This document shows, one piece after another, positions 9,310 to 17,929 of a DNA stretch of 63,124 nt. Made by a program: the position numbers and the translations under genes. The stretch spans positions 1 through 63,124 of the forward strand of contig JAWSUS010000020.1 of the NCBI GenBank assembly GCA_033549025.1. The letters run 5' to 3'. The stretch's first letter is position 1; every line of letters begins with the position of its first letter. This DNA comes from Desulfuromonadales bacterium (GTDB lineage: Bacteria; Desulfobacterota; Desulfuromonadia; Desulfuromonadales; SZUA-540). Under the pieces are notes generated by a model. The model made no database searches. It had not been told where the DNA came from and saw nothing but the letters and a program-made list of their open reading frames with translations.

Positions 9310-9772
9310 CCTGCCGGATCTCCAGAGAATCCTGGAGGAGACGAAAGCTTTTACCGATGCCGAAGTCGACTGCGCCATGGAGTTGTTCCATACGGTGCTC
9401 GACAACCCGGCCCAAAAGGACTACATCGTCGTGGTCGCCGAAGAGGGCGGCCTCCCCGCCGGCTATATTCTCTACGGACCGGTCCCCTTGACGGAAGGGA
9501 CCTTCGACATTTACTGGATCGCTACGGACCCCGCTCATCAGGGCAGAGGGGTAGGGCAGCGGCTGCTGCTTTACGCCGAGACGGACATTCAGCTGCGGGG
9601 CGGCCGCCTGGTCTGTCTGGAAACCTCGTCGCAGGGGAGCTATGAAAGAACCCGTCGGTTTTATGACCGGGCCGGCTATGTCCAGGCCGCGGTCATTCCC
9701 GATTTCTACCGACCCGGAGACGACCGCATCACCTATATTAAGAACCTCACCACCGTTGTGGAGGGATTGTAG
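9287..9772 (+). CDS. GNAT family N-acetyltransferase
   Basis: YWIATDPAHQGRGVGQRLL (acetyl-CoA motif A), FYDRAGY; AAGGAG RBS. Confidence 0.92.
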   Translation: MRDLKRSDLPDLQRILEETKAFTDAEVDCAMELFHTVLDNPAQKDYIVVVAEEGGLPAGYILYGPVPLTEGTFDIYWIATDPAHQGRGVGQRLLLYAETDIQLRGGRLVCLETSSQGSYERTRRFYDRAGYVQAAVIPDFYRPGDDRITYIKNLTTVVEGL

Positions 9773-10858
9773 ATGGAAATCTGGCAGAAACTGCTGCAGA
9801 CCAGTTTGACCCGACCCGCCGAGGTTACCCGCCGCTTTGGCGTGAATCCCACGGATCTTGAAGAGGTGGCTGACCGCTATCCCATGCGCATCCCGGCCTA
9901 CTACCTGAATCTAATCAAGGAAGTCGGCGATCCGATCTGGCGGCAGGCCGTGCCGGATGCGGCCGAGCTGAGCGATTCCGTCTGCTGCAGCGATCCCCTG
10001 GACGAGGAAAACCAGAGTCCGGTGCCGAACCTCGTCCACCGCTATCCCGACCGGGTGCTGTTTCTCGTTTCCAGCGAGTGCGCCATGTACTGCCGTTTCT
10101 GCACCCGCAAACGCAAGGTGGGGGGGGACAATATGGTCATCAACCGCCAGACCCTCGAGCAAGGACTGGAATACATCCGGCAGCATCCTCAGGTTCGCGA
10201 TGTCATTCTCTCGGGTGGGGACCCGCTGCTGCTCTCTGATGAACGCCTGGAGTGGATTCTCAAGGAGCTGCGGGCGATTCCCAGTGTCGAAATCATTCGC
10301 ATTGGCACCCGGGTGCCGGTGGTCCTGCCTCAGCGCATCACCATCGGTCTGGTGCGCATGCTGCGGCGTTATCACCCGCTGTTCATCAATACCCATTTCA
10401 ATCACCCGGATGAAATCACCGAGACCTCGGGCAAGGCCTGCATGCGACTGGCCGACGCCGGCATCCCCATGGGCAACCAGACGGTGCTGCTACGGGGTGT
10501 CAATGACGATCCTCAGGTCATGAAGCGGCTCATGCAGAAACTGCTGGCCATCCGGGTCAAGCCCTACTATATCTATCAGGCCGATCTGGTCGAGGGCACC
10601 GATCATTTCAGGACGACGGTCGAGGAGGGAATCGAGGTCATGCGTGCCCTGCGCGGCCACACCTCTGGGATGGGCGTGCCCGCCTATGTCATCGACGCGC
10701 CTGGCGGCGGTGGGAAGATTCCCATTCTGCCCGATTACCTGCAGAGTATGGGCGATGAAGTCGTCCTGAAAAACTATCGCGGCCAGACCTTTTCCTACGC
10801 CAATGCCGAGGTGAAAATCGTGGAAAATCGCCAGACTGCCGTCAACGATCATCACTGA
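9773..10858 (+). CDS. KamA family radical SAM/PLP 2,3-aminomutase (lysine-type active site)
   Basis: HRYPDRVL, CAMYCRFC, SGGDPL, HFNHP, NQTVLL, YQAD, VIDAPGGGGK (PLP lysine). Confidence 0.93.
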   Translation: MEIWQKLLQTSLTRPAEVTRRFGVNPTDLEEVADRYPMRIPAYYLNLIKEVGDPIWRQAVPDAAELSDSVCCSDPLDEENQSPVPNLVHRYPDRVLFLVSSECAMYCRFCTRKRKVGGDNMVINRQTLEQGLEYIRQHPQVRDVILSGGDPLLLSDERLEWILKELRAIPSVEIIRIGTRVPVVLPQRITIGLVRMLRRYHPLFINTHFNHPDEITETSGKACMRLADAGIPMGNQTVLLRGVNDDPQVMKRLMQKLLAIRVKPYYIYQADLVEGTDHFRTTVEEGIEVMRALRGHTSGMGVPAYVIDAPGGGGKIPILPDYLQSMGDEVVLKNYRGQTFSYANAEVKIVENRQTAVNDHH

Positions 10859-10945
10859 CAGTCAGAGGCAAAACAAATTTTCGTTTACGGAGCAAAAATA
10901 GTATTGACTCGGTTGGGAATCTCTGTTAAAAAACGGCTCCTGTCT

Positions 10946-11020
10946 TGGGGCGTCGCCAAGCGGTAAGGCACTGGACTCTGACTCCAGCATCCCAAGGTTC
11001 GAATCCTTGCGCCCCAGCCA
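10946..11020 (+). tRNA. tRNA-Gln(CTG)
   Basis: TGGGGCG..CGCCCCA-GCCA; anticodon arm CTGGA-CTCTGAC-TCCAG; GTTCGAATC. Confidence 0.97.
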
Positions 11021-11051
11021 TCGGCTTGAAGCGGAAGCTTTACATAGAAAT

Positions 11052-11127
11052 GGTCCCTTCGTCTAGCGGTCTAGGACACCGGCCTTTCACGTCGGTAACA
11101 CGGGTTCGATTCCCGTAGGGATCACCA
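11052..11127 (+). tRNA. tRNA-Glu(TTC)
   Basis: GGTCCCT..AGGGATC-ACCA; anticodon arm CCGGC-CTTTCAC-GTCGG; GTTCGATTC. Confidence 0.97.
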
Positions 11128-11154
11128 GTCAACGCACTCCCGAGGGGGTGCACC

Positions 11155-11183
11155 AGGGTGGAACGAAAGTTCCACCCTTTTTC
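11155..11183 (+). terminator. Intrinsic terminator after the tRNA pair
   Basis: AGGGTGGAAC-gaaa-GTTCCACCCT followed by a T run. Confidence 0.88.
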
Positions 11184-11289
11184 TTTATTATCAACCCTTT
11201 TTACGTCCTTACCCCAGTGTCCTTCTCTGTCTCAATCCCATTGACCCCGCGGCTTTGACCGTGTAAAAAGAGGTGGGGAGAGGTAATGC

Positions 11290-12423
11290 ATGGGTAATCG
11301 TTCCGCTTTTATTTATTCGAGTCGCTTCGCCGACTACTCCTTCGGAGAGGATCACCCCTTCAAGGTTCAGCGTTATCAGCTTACCCATGAGCTTATCCGG
11401 CAACTGGGATTGCTGGACTCCACCGAGATCAAAATCGTCGAAGCGCCGCTGGCCGAAGAAGAGTCCCTGTTAAGTTTTCATCGGGGCGACTACCTGCAGA
11501 CTCTCAAGGAGTTCAGCAGCCAGGCAACCCCCCGGGCCAATTTCTTCTTTAATCTCGGTGATGTCGAAAATCCTGTTTTCCCGGGACTTTACGACTGGGC
11601 TCGGCTGGGATGCGGTGGAACCATCGAAGCCGCTCGCCAGGTCGTGCGTGACGGCTGCCGGGTTGCCTTCAACATGGCAGGCGGCTATCATCATGCCCAT
11701 GCCGCCCGCGCTTCCGGTTTCAGCTATCTCAACGATGCGGTTATCGCCATCAACGAACTGGTTGACCAGGGCCTGCGCGTGGCCTACGTCGACATCGATG
11801 CCCATCACGGCGACGGCGTGCAGGAGGCCTTCTATCGCACCGATCGGGTGTTGACGATTTCCCTGCACGAGAGCGGGGAGGACTTTTTCCCGCATACCGG
11901 TTTTCCTTGGGAGATGGGCGAGGGCAAGGGTTTTGGGTATTCCGTCAATGTCCCTTTCCGGCCGCATTCGGACGACCTGATCTTCGAGCAGGCCTTTCGC
12001 CGCGTTGTTCTGCCGCTGCTCGATCGTTACGCCCCGGATGTGCTGGTCACCCAGCTCGGGGTGGACAGCCTGCGGACCGACCCTCTGACCCGTCTCGAAA
12101 TGACGACGGGAAGTATCGAGCTGGCCGCCCGGGCCTTCTTGGACACCGGGATTCCCTGGGTGGCTATCGGCGGGGGAGGGTATGACAAATTCAATGTGTG
12201 CCGAGGCTGGGCTCTGGCCTGGGCCATTATGACGGGGAAAACTGTCGGTGACGATCTCCCCCCCGATTTCGTACACCTCGTGCGTGACCTGGGAATGAAA
12301 GGGACACAGTTGCGCGATCGGCCGCATCTGGCCCTGCCTGACGATTTCAGCCGGGCTGAAAAGACCCTGGAGAAGGTTCTTCGCACCCTGGAGAGCCGAC
12401 TTTTCCCGCTGTTCGGACTGTAG
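11290..12423 (+). CDS. AcuC-like class I zinc-dependent deacetylase
   Basis: YSFGEDHPF, GGYHHA, SGFSYLND, DIDAHHGDG, SLHESG, QLGVD..DPL, GGGGY. Confidence 0.92.
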   Translation: MGNRSAFIYSSRFADYSFGEDHPFKVQRYQLTHELIRQLGLLDSTEIKIVEAPLAEEESLLSFHRGDYLQTLKEFSSQATPRANFFFNLGDVENPVFPGLYDWARLGCGGTIEAARQVVRDGCRVAFNMAGGYHHAHAARASGFSYLNDAVIAINELVDQGLRVAYVDIDAHHGDGVQEAFYRTDRVLTISLHESGEDFFPHTGFPWEMGEGKGFGYSVNVPFRPHSDDLIFEQAFRRVVLPLLDRYAPDVLVTQLGVDSLRTDPLTRLEMTTGSIELAARAFLDTGIPWVAIGGGGYDKFNVCRGWALAWAIMTGKTVGDDLPPDFVHLVRDLGMKGTQLRDRPHLALPDDFSRAEKTLEKVLRTLESRLFPLFGL

Positions 12424-12433
12424 GAGGCCCGGG

Positions 12434-13264
12434 ATGGGACGTCTAGGAACCGCGCATCTGCTCGACCCTGATGGGCTGCCCCTGTTTTCTTTGCGGGAAA
12501 TCAACAATCTGCCTGTCGCCCGCAAGGAGGCTATCTACGCCGCTCTGGTTCCCGTTCCTCTTTTTCCGCGATACGGCATCGACCCCTTGACCTTCCAAGG
12601 GCCGGACGGGCGCCGGAAAATCGCCTTTATCTGCCCGCGCGGCTTGGGTTTGCTGCGCATCGAGGTTCGCCTTCGTCCCGCCGACCGGGATTGCGTCTTT
12701 TTTGTCGAAATCGCCGATACGCCCTACCGGCAGATTGAACTCTCCTTCTGCCTGATTAACGACCCGGACGCGCCCCGGTATGACATCGACATGGACGAGA
12801 AGGGGCGAGACAACTATTTCGGGACCTTGCGGCGCAATATTCCCGAGGAAATCAAGGCGATGAAGGCCGGCCTGTCCCCCAATCAGGTGCGAAGGGGCCT
12901 TGCCCTTTTTTCCGATTTTTTTCAGCAGTTCGAGCGGTTTGTCGATTCCCTGGGGATCGACACCATTGTGGCGGAACCTCTGTCCTACAATAACGCCGTC
13001 CGTTACGAAAAGTACGGCTTTGACTACCTGACCGGCAAGAAGCTGATGCAGTGGATCGATCGGGAATTTCAACCGGGAGGAGAGCTCTTTCGACGACTCG
13101 ATGGCTCGACACCCTTTCGCCAGCCCGGCCTGGAGAAGACCATTAGGGGTCGCAGTTGGGCTATTCACGACGGTATCCTCCATCAACCCTGGGATGACGT
13201 CAAAATCTACAAGACCCTGGGTGTCGATGCGGGCATCGATACCTTTGCCGACCGAATTTTCTAG
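12434..13264 (+). CDS. Conserved hypothetical protein, possible divergent GNAT-fold acetyltransferase
   Basis: AGGAGG RBS; QVRRGLALF and EPLSYNNAVRYEKYGF resemble GNAT motifs A and B. Confidence 0.6.
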   Translation: MGRLGTAHLLDPDGLPLFSLREINNLPVARKEAIYAALVPVPLFPRYGIDPLTFQGPDGRRKIAFICPRGLGLLRIEVRLRPADRDCVFFVEIADTPYRQIELSFCLINDPDAPRYDIDMDEKGRDNYFGTLRRNIPEEIKAMKAGLSPNQVRRGLALFSDFFQQFERFVDSLGIDTIVAEPLSYNNAVRYEKYGFDYLTGKKLMQWIDREFQPGGELFRRLDGSTPFRQPGLEKTIRGRSWAIHDGILHQPWDDVKIYKTLGVDAGIDTFADRIF

Positions 13265-13292
13265 TTCACGTACTTTGTCAAGGATGAGCCCC

Positions 13293-14261
13293 ATGATATT
13301 GAAAACACAAAACGAAGAATCACTCGCACCGCATGCCTATATTCTGTGGACCCCTCAGGAACCCCCTGTTGTTCATGTAGGGCCCGAACAGAGACCTGTC
13401 ACGCTGCCCCTCATCCCGCTGCCGCTGCATAGCCGGAGGAAGAAGAGTGAAGAACCCACGGCCGTGGAGATAGGGCAGGGGGTTTACGATTATCTTCGCC
13501 AGTTTCCCGACTGCCCCTACAATGTACAATATGCCGAAATACTGCGGGACGCCTATCCTCACTTTCTGGCCGATCTCGGCTCTCAGGTCGCCATGCTCGA
13601 CCACAAGGATGTCGACGCCGACTACGTCAAACGGAAGATCTCCTACTTGAAAATCTTCGCCCTGCTCGAACCGGCCAAGGTTTCCCTGCTGCAGACCATC
13701 GGTATCGCCTATTACGATCTGGCCCTGACCTTCAGCGAGCTGCGCCACTGCTATCGTCACCTGGTGTCGGCCTCCGCCTTCCTGCAGAAGGCCGGCAGCC
13801 TGAAACCGGGTGATGTCGCCGTGCAGAACTACCTGGGACAGATCGACTATCTCATGGGTGATTATCCGAACGCCATCCGTCGCTGGTCGCAGCTGATTCC
13901 CTCGCTCGCCGATGAAAAGGCCCGGGCCCTGTTTACCGAAAAGGTGACCCGTCTCGAGCAGGAAGGTCTGCCCGACGAACCGATGGTCAGCCACCTTGAG
14001 GCTATCGGTGCCGCCATGGCGGCCTACGGCCAGGGTTCCGTTCGCGAGGCTCTGGAGATCATGGAGTATCTGGAAGAGCAGACCCCTGTCACGCAGGAAT
14101 TTCCCTCCGCGCAGTTTTACGTGCTCCTTGCCCTCTGCCGTCGTCAAAGCGACGATACGGGCGGGGCGGTGGTGGCCCTGCAAAAAGCCCTGGAACTCGA
14201 TCCCGACTTTGCACCGGCCAAAGAAGAGATGGAAGCCCTTACCTCCAAAGAGACGATGTGA
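13293..14261 (+). CDS. Tetratricopeptide repeat protein
   Basis: TPR-like segments (NYLGQIDYLMGDYPNAIRRW; ALQKALELDPDFAPA); start approximate. Confidence 0.75.
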   Translation: MILKTQNEESLAPHAYILWTPQEPPVVHVGPEQRPVTLPLIPLPLHSRRKKSEEPTAVEIGQGVYDYLRQFPDCPYNVQYAEILRDAYPHFLADLGSQVAMLDHKDVDADYVKRKISYLKIFALLEPAKVSLLQTIGIAYYDLALTFSELRHCYRHLVSASAFLQKAGSLKPGDVAVQNYLGQIDYLMGDYPNAIRRWSQLIPSLADEKARALFTEKVTRLEQEGLPDEPMVSHLEAIGAAMAAYGQGSVREALEIMEYLEEQTPVTQEFPSAQFYVLLALCRRQSDDTGGAVVALQKALELDPDFAPAKEEMEALTSKETM

Positions 14262-14375
14262 TATGATGCTTCTTTGGTCTGAAGACACCCTTTTGATGGC
14301 CTTGTCGGCGCAAGAAGGGAATCTGGGGCCGTCGAAGTCGTAACCACTGACTCGAACCGAAGGAGGACTTGAGCC

Positions 14376-14783
14376 ATGTCCCAAAACGAGACCGATATCC
14401 GAAATATCCTCTCCATCCATAAAACCATTGCCATGGTTGGCGCCTCCTCCAATCCCGAGCGGCCCAGCAACCATGTCTTTGAATATCTGCTGCAGGCCGG
14501 CTATACGGTCATCCCTGTCAACCCCAAGGACGAAGAACTCTTCGGCCAAAAAGTCTATCGTCGCCTTGAAGACATCCCCCAGCCCATCGATATCGTCGAT
14601 GTCTTTCGCAACCCCTCCGACGCCCCGGCGGTCGCCCGTGAAGCCGTTGAAGCCGGCGCCAAAGTGCTGTGGCTGCAGGAAGGAGTCATCAGCGAAGAGG
14701 CCGCCCGGATCGCTGCCGAAGGCGGTCTGCGTGTCGTGATGGACCGTTGCATGCTCAAAGAACATCAACGACTTAAGATCTGA
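14376..14783 (+). CDS. CoA-binding protein (YccU-like)
   Basis: IAMVGASSNPERPS, IPVNP, DIVDVFR, LWLQEG, DRC. Confidence 0.93.
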   Translation: MSQNETDIRNILSIHKTIAMVGASSNPERPSNHVFEYLLQAGYTVIPVNPKDEELFGQKVYRRLEDIPQPIDIVDVFRNPSDAPAVAREAVEAGAKVLWLQEGVISEEAARIAAEGGLRVVMDRCMLKEHQRLKI

Positions 14784-14793
14784 ATTTTTCCGG

Positions 14794-16284
14794 TTGGTTA
14801 TCAGGGTGATTTCCTTGTTACGTACAGGCTGCCTCGTTCTTATCCTCAGTGCCTTCGTTATTCTGAAGCCCGCCAGCGGCCTGGCCATGGAAGGGGTCTT
14901 CACGCTGTGGCCTCTGGTGGATTACCGGACCTCGGAAAATGAAGGCTACGCCAGCCTGAATATTTTGGGCCCGCTCATCAACCTCGACAGGATGGGGCCG
15001 GAGCGTGAGCTGGCTCTGCGTCCCCTCTATTCCCGGCGCTGGCTTGACCCTGGCGACTATGTTTCCAGCGAGTTTCTCTATCCCGTCGCCTCGAAGAAGA
15101 AAACCTCGGATCAGTCCCTTTTTCAGGGGCTCCGTTTGCTGAACTGGGATTTTCCGGCCCATGAAGAAGAGGAAGAGGAATTTCAGCTTTTTCCTTTTAT
15201 TTTTTCTGGCACAGATGAGGAAAAAGGGCGCTATTTCGCCTTTTTTCCGTTCGGCGGCAAAATCTACAATCTCTTTGGCCGCGATGAAATCCGCTTTACG
15301 CTCTTTCCGCTTTACGCCGTCACCCAGAAAAAAGACACCACCGTCACCAATGTACTCTGGCCTTTTTTCGCCAGGATCCGCGGGGAAAACGAGCGGGGCT
15401 TCAAGGCGTGGCCTCTTTACGGCCATAGCCGCAAAGAGGGGGTCTACGACAAGACGATGTTCCTGTGGCCCATCTTCTTCCGCTACGACCTGGGCCTGGA
15501 TACCGCCAATCCGTTGCAGCGCCGAACCGTTTTTCCCTTTTATCTTTCGGATGAATCGCCCAATTATTCATCCCGCATTTATCTCTGGCCCTTTTTCCGT
15601 CACATAGAGGACCGGCAAAAGGACTATGAGCTCTGGGAATTCCCCTGGCCGATCTTCCGCATTGCGCGCGGGTCCTATCGGGAGGCTACGACTTTTCTGC
15701 CCTTTTATGCCAATGAACGCCTGGGGAAGGAAAAGAAGCGCTGGTACCTCTGGCCCCTCTATAAAATCGAGGAAAGGCAAGCGGATGGTTACGAAAGACG
15801 CCGCTCCCGCGTCCTTTTTTTTCTATACTCCAACATGGAAGAAAGGCTATACATACAGGGGGCCGAGCCCAAGAAGAGGGTGGCTTTGTGGCCGCTGTTC
15901 ACCTATGAACGGATAGACGGGATCTCGCATTTTTATACCCTGTCTCTTCTTGAGCCCATCCTGCCTGAACAGGATGGTATCCGCCGCAACTGGGCGCCCT
16001 TGTGGTGGATCTACCAGAAGCAGTGGAAAGGCTCCGATTCAGCCGAAAGTCTGTTGTGGAACCTCTACTGGCGTCAGAAAAGAGGCGAGGATCTCGCCTG
16101 GGAACTCTTCCCCCTGTTCAGCTACAGTCGTGAGCAGTCCAAAGGGAAAGATTTTCGTTTCATCAAGGGACTGCTGCGATACCGCAGCGGCCCGCAAGGC
16201 AAAACCCTGAATCTGCTTTATCTGCCCTGGGGGATTCACTGGGGCGGGCCGGAGAGTGCAATCGCTGAGGATGACAGTCAATGA
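14794..16284 (+). CDS. Exported aromatic-rich repeat protein of the MCE operon
   Basis: Signal-peptide-like N-terminus; many [LF][WF]P[FL][FY] repeats; ATGA overlap with mlaE; start uncertain. Confidence 0.7.
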   Translation: MVIRVISLLRTGCLVLILSAFVILKPASGLAMEGVFTLWPLVDYRTSENEGYASLNILGPLINLDRMGPERELALRPLYSRRWLDPGDYVSSEFLYPVASKKKTSDQSLFQGLRLLNWDFPAHEEEEEEFQLFPFIFSGTDEEKGRYFAFFPFGGKIYNLFGRDEIRFTLFPLYAVTQKKDTTVTNVLWPFFARIRGENERGFKAWPLYGHSRKEGVYDKTMFLWPIFFRYDLGLDTANPLQRRTVFPFYLSDESPNYSSRIYLWPFFRHIEDRQKDYELWEFPWPIFRIARGSYREATTFLPFYANERLGKEKKRWYLWPLYKIEERQADGYERRRSRVLFFLYSNMEERLYIQGAEPKKRVALWPLFTYERIDGISHFYTLSLLEPILPEQDGIRRNWAPLWWIYQKQWKGSDSAESLLWNLYWRQKRGEDLAWELFPLFSYSREQSKGKDFRFIKGLLRYRSGPQGKTLNLLYLPWGIHWGGPESAIAEDDSQ

Positions 16285-17048
16285 TTGAGAAAATAGGCAC
16301 GCGCATTCTGAGCTTCGCCGAAACGGCGGGGGAGATGTTGCTGCTTTTTCTAAAAACGGTCTTCTATTTCAAGGAAGCCCCTCGGAATCTGCCGGCCATT
16401 TTCCGGCAACTCTACGACATCGGCATCGGCACCCTGCCGATTGCGGCCCTGATGAGTCTTTTTGTCGGTATGGTTCTGGCGCTGCAGACCGGTTCGGAGC
16501 TCGCCCTTTACGGCACCCAGGAAGCGATTGGCGCCATTGTGGGACTTTCCCTGGTCAAGGAATTGGGCCCGGTCATGACCAGTCTGCTGGTAGCGGGCCG
16601 CATCGGATCGGCCATGTCCGCCGAGGTCGGGGCCATGAAGGTCTATGAAGAAATCGACGCCCTTAAAACCCTGCAGATCGACCCGATCCGCTATCTGGCC
16701 ATGCCCAGACTGCTCGGCTGCCTGTTTGCCGTACCGGCCCTGGTCGTTTTTTCCATGATTATCGGCATCATTGGCGGCGGCATCGTCAGTGACGTCAACC
16801 CTGAAATCAACGTTCCTTTCAATGTGTATTATGACAACCTCATCCGTTCGTTGAACTACAAGGATATTCTTAAAGGCCTGGTCAAGGCGACGGTTTTTGG
16901 CGGCATCGTGGCGCACGTCGGCTGCTATATCGGCTTTAAAACCTCCGGCGGCGCCCGGGGTATCGGGCAATCGACGACGGAATCTGTGGTCATGTCCTTT
17001 CTGTTGATCTTTATTGCCGACTACTTTCTCACCCGGCTTATGATGTAA
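16281..17048 (+). CDS. mlaE: MlaE family ABC transporter permease
   Basis: KELGPVMTSLLVAGRIGSAMSAEVGAMKVYEEIDAL, PRLL, GARGIGQSTT. Confidence 0.95.
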   Translation: MIEKIGTRILSFAETAGEMLLLFLKTVFYFKEAPRNLPAIFRQLYDIGIGTLPIAALMSLFVGMVLALQTGSELALYGTQEAIGAIVGLSLVKELGPVMTSLLVAGRIGSAMSAEVGAMKVYEEIDALKTLQIDPIRYLAMPRLLGCLFAVPALVVFSMIIGIIGGGIVSDVNPEINVPFNVYYDNLIRSLNYKDILKGLVKATVFGGIVAHVGCYIGFKTSGGARGIGQSTTESVVMSFLLIFIADYFLTRLMM

Positions 17049-17061
17049 GTGGATCCATGCG

Positions 17062-17928
17062 ATGACAGATAGCGCTCAAAAAAAACAAGGGGACGGTTTC
17101 TTTAGCCGGTGGTTCCCCGGCCGCAAGAAGAAAGGTCGGGATGGGTGCGAGTGCAGCAGCAGCTACGAAGATTCTCATGGGGTTGAGATCCGCATCGAAG
17201 GATTAAACAAGTCCTTCAATGGCAACCACGTTCTCAGGGACATCAGTCTGGACATTCAGCCCGGCGAGACTTTCTCCATCATCGGGCCCTCGGGCACCGG
17301 CAAAAGTGTCCTTCTCAAGCATATCGTCAAGCTGCTGAAACCGGACAGCGGGCGGATTCTCATTGACGGACAGGATATCTTCGACAATAACAACCGCCAA
17401 GAGAAACCCCCGTATCGCTACAGTATGGTGTTCCAGACTTCCGCTCTCTTCAATTCCCTGTCCGTCGGTGATAATGTCGGTTTATGGCTGCGTGAAAACA
17501 GGATTTGCACCGAAGCGCGCATCCGCAGGATCATCCGGGAAAAGCTCAGACTCGTCGGCCTGGGGGGCAAAGAAAATCTCATGCCCTCGGAACTTTCCGG
17601 GGGCATGAAAAAGCGTGTGGCCATCGCGCGCTCTCTGGCCATGAACCCCGATCTGATTCTTTACGATGAGCCGACAGCCGAACTCGATCCGGTGACCTCC
17701 GACGAATTGGCCAGGGTGATCATGAATCTTAAAAACAGAGTCAATCTGACGACGATTATCGTCAGCCATGACTTGAACTTCGCCCTTTATCTGTCTGATC
17801 GCGTGGCGATGATGAATGACCAGGGCATTGTCGAGGTTGGGACCCCTGCGGAGATCAAGGCCAGCCAGAACCCGGCCATCCGCAAATTCATCTACACGAC
17901 GACCAAAGGCATTCAAGGAGAAAAGTAA
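17062..17928 (+). CDS. mlaF: MlaF family ABC transporter ATP-binding protein
   Basis: GPSGTGKS, LSGGMKKRVAIAR, LYDEPT, SHD. Confidence 0.95.
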   Translation: MTDSAQKKQGDGFFSRWFPGRKKKGRDGCECSSSYEDSHGVEIRIEGLNKSFNGNHVLRDISLDIQPGETFSIIGPSGTGKSVLLKHIVKLLKPDSGRILIDGQDIFDNNNRQEKPPYRYSMVFQTSALFNSLSVGDNVGLWLRENRICTEARIRRIIREKLRLVGLGGKENLMPSELSGGMKKRVAIARSLAMNPDLILYDEPTAELDPVTSDELARVIMNLKNRVNLTTIIVSHDLNFALYLSDRVAMMNDQGIVEVGTPAEIKASQNPAIRKFIYTTTKGIQGEK

Positions 17929-17929
17929 T

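Noticed and set aside
9773..10858. Calling the aminomutase epmB or glutamate 2,3-aminomutase
   Set aside because: No efp or epmA nearby, and the two substrate aspartates argue against the glutamate enzyme; left at family level.
14262..14375. Short ORF MMLLWSEDTLL.. and weak hairpins between the TPR and CoA-binding genes
   Set aside because: No RBS and no match to a riboswitch or ncRNA motif I recognise.
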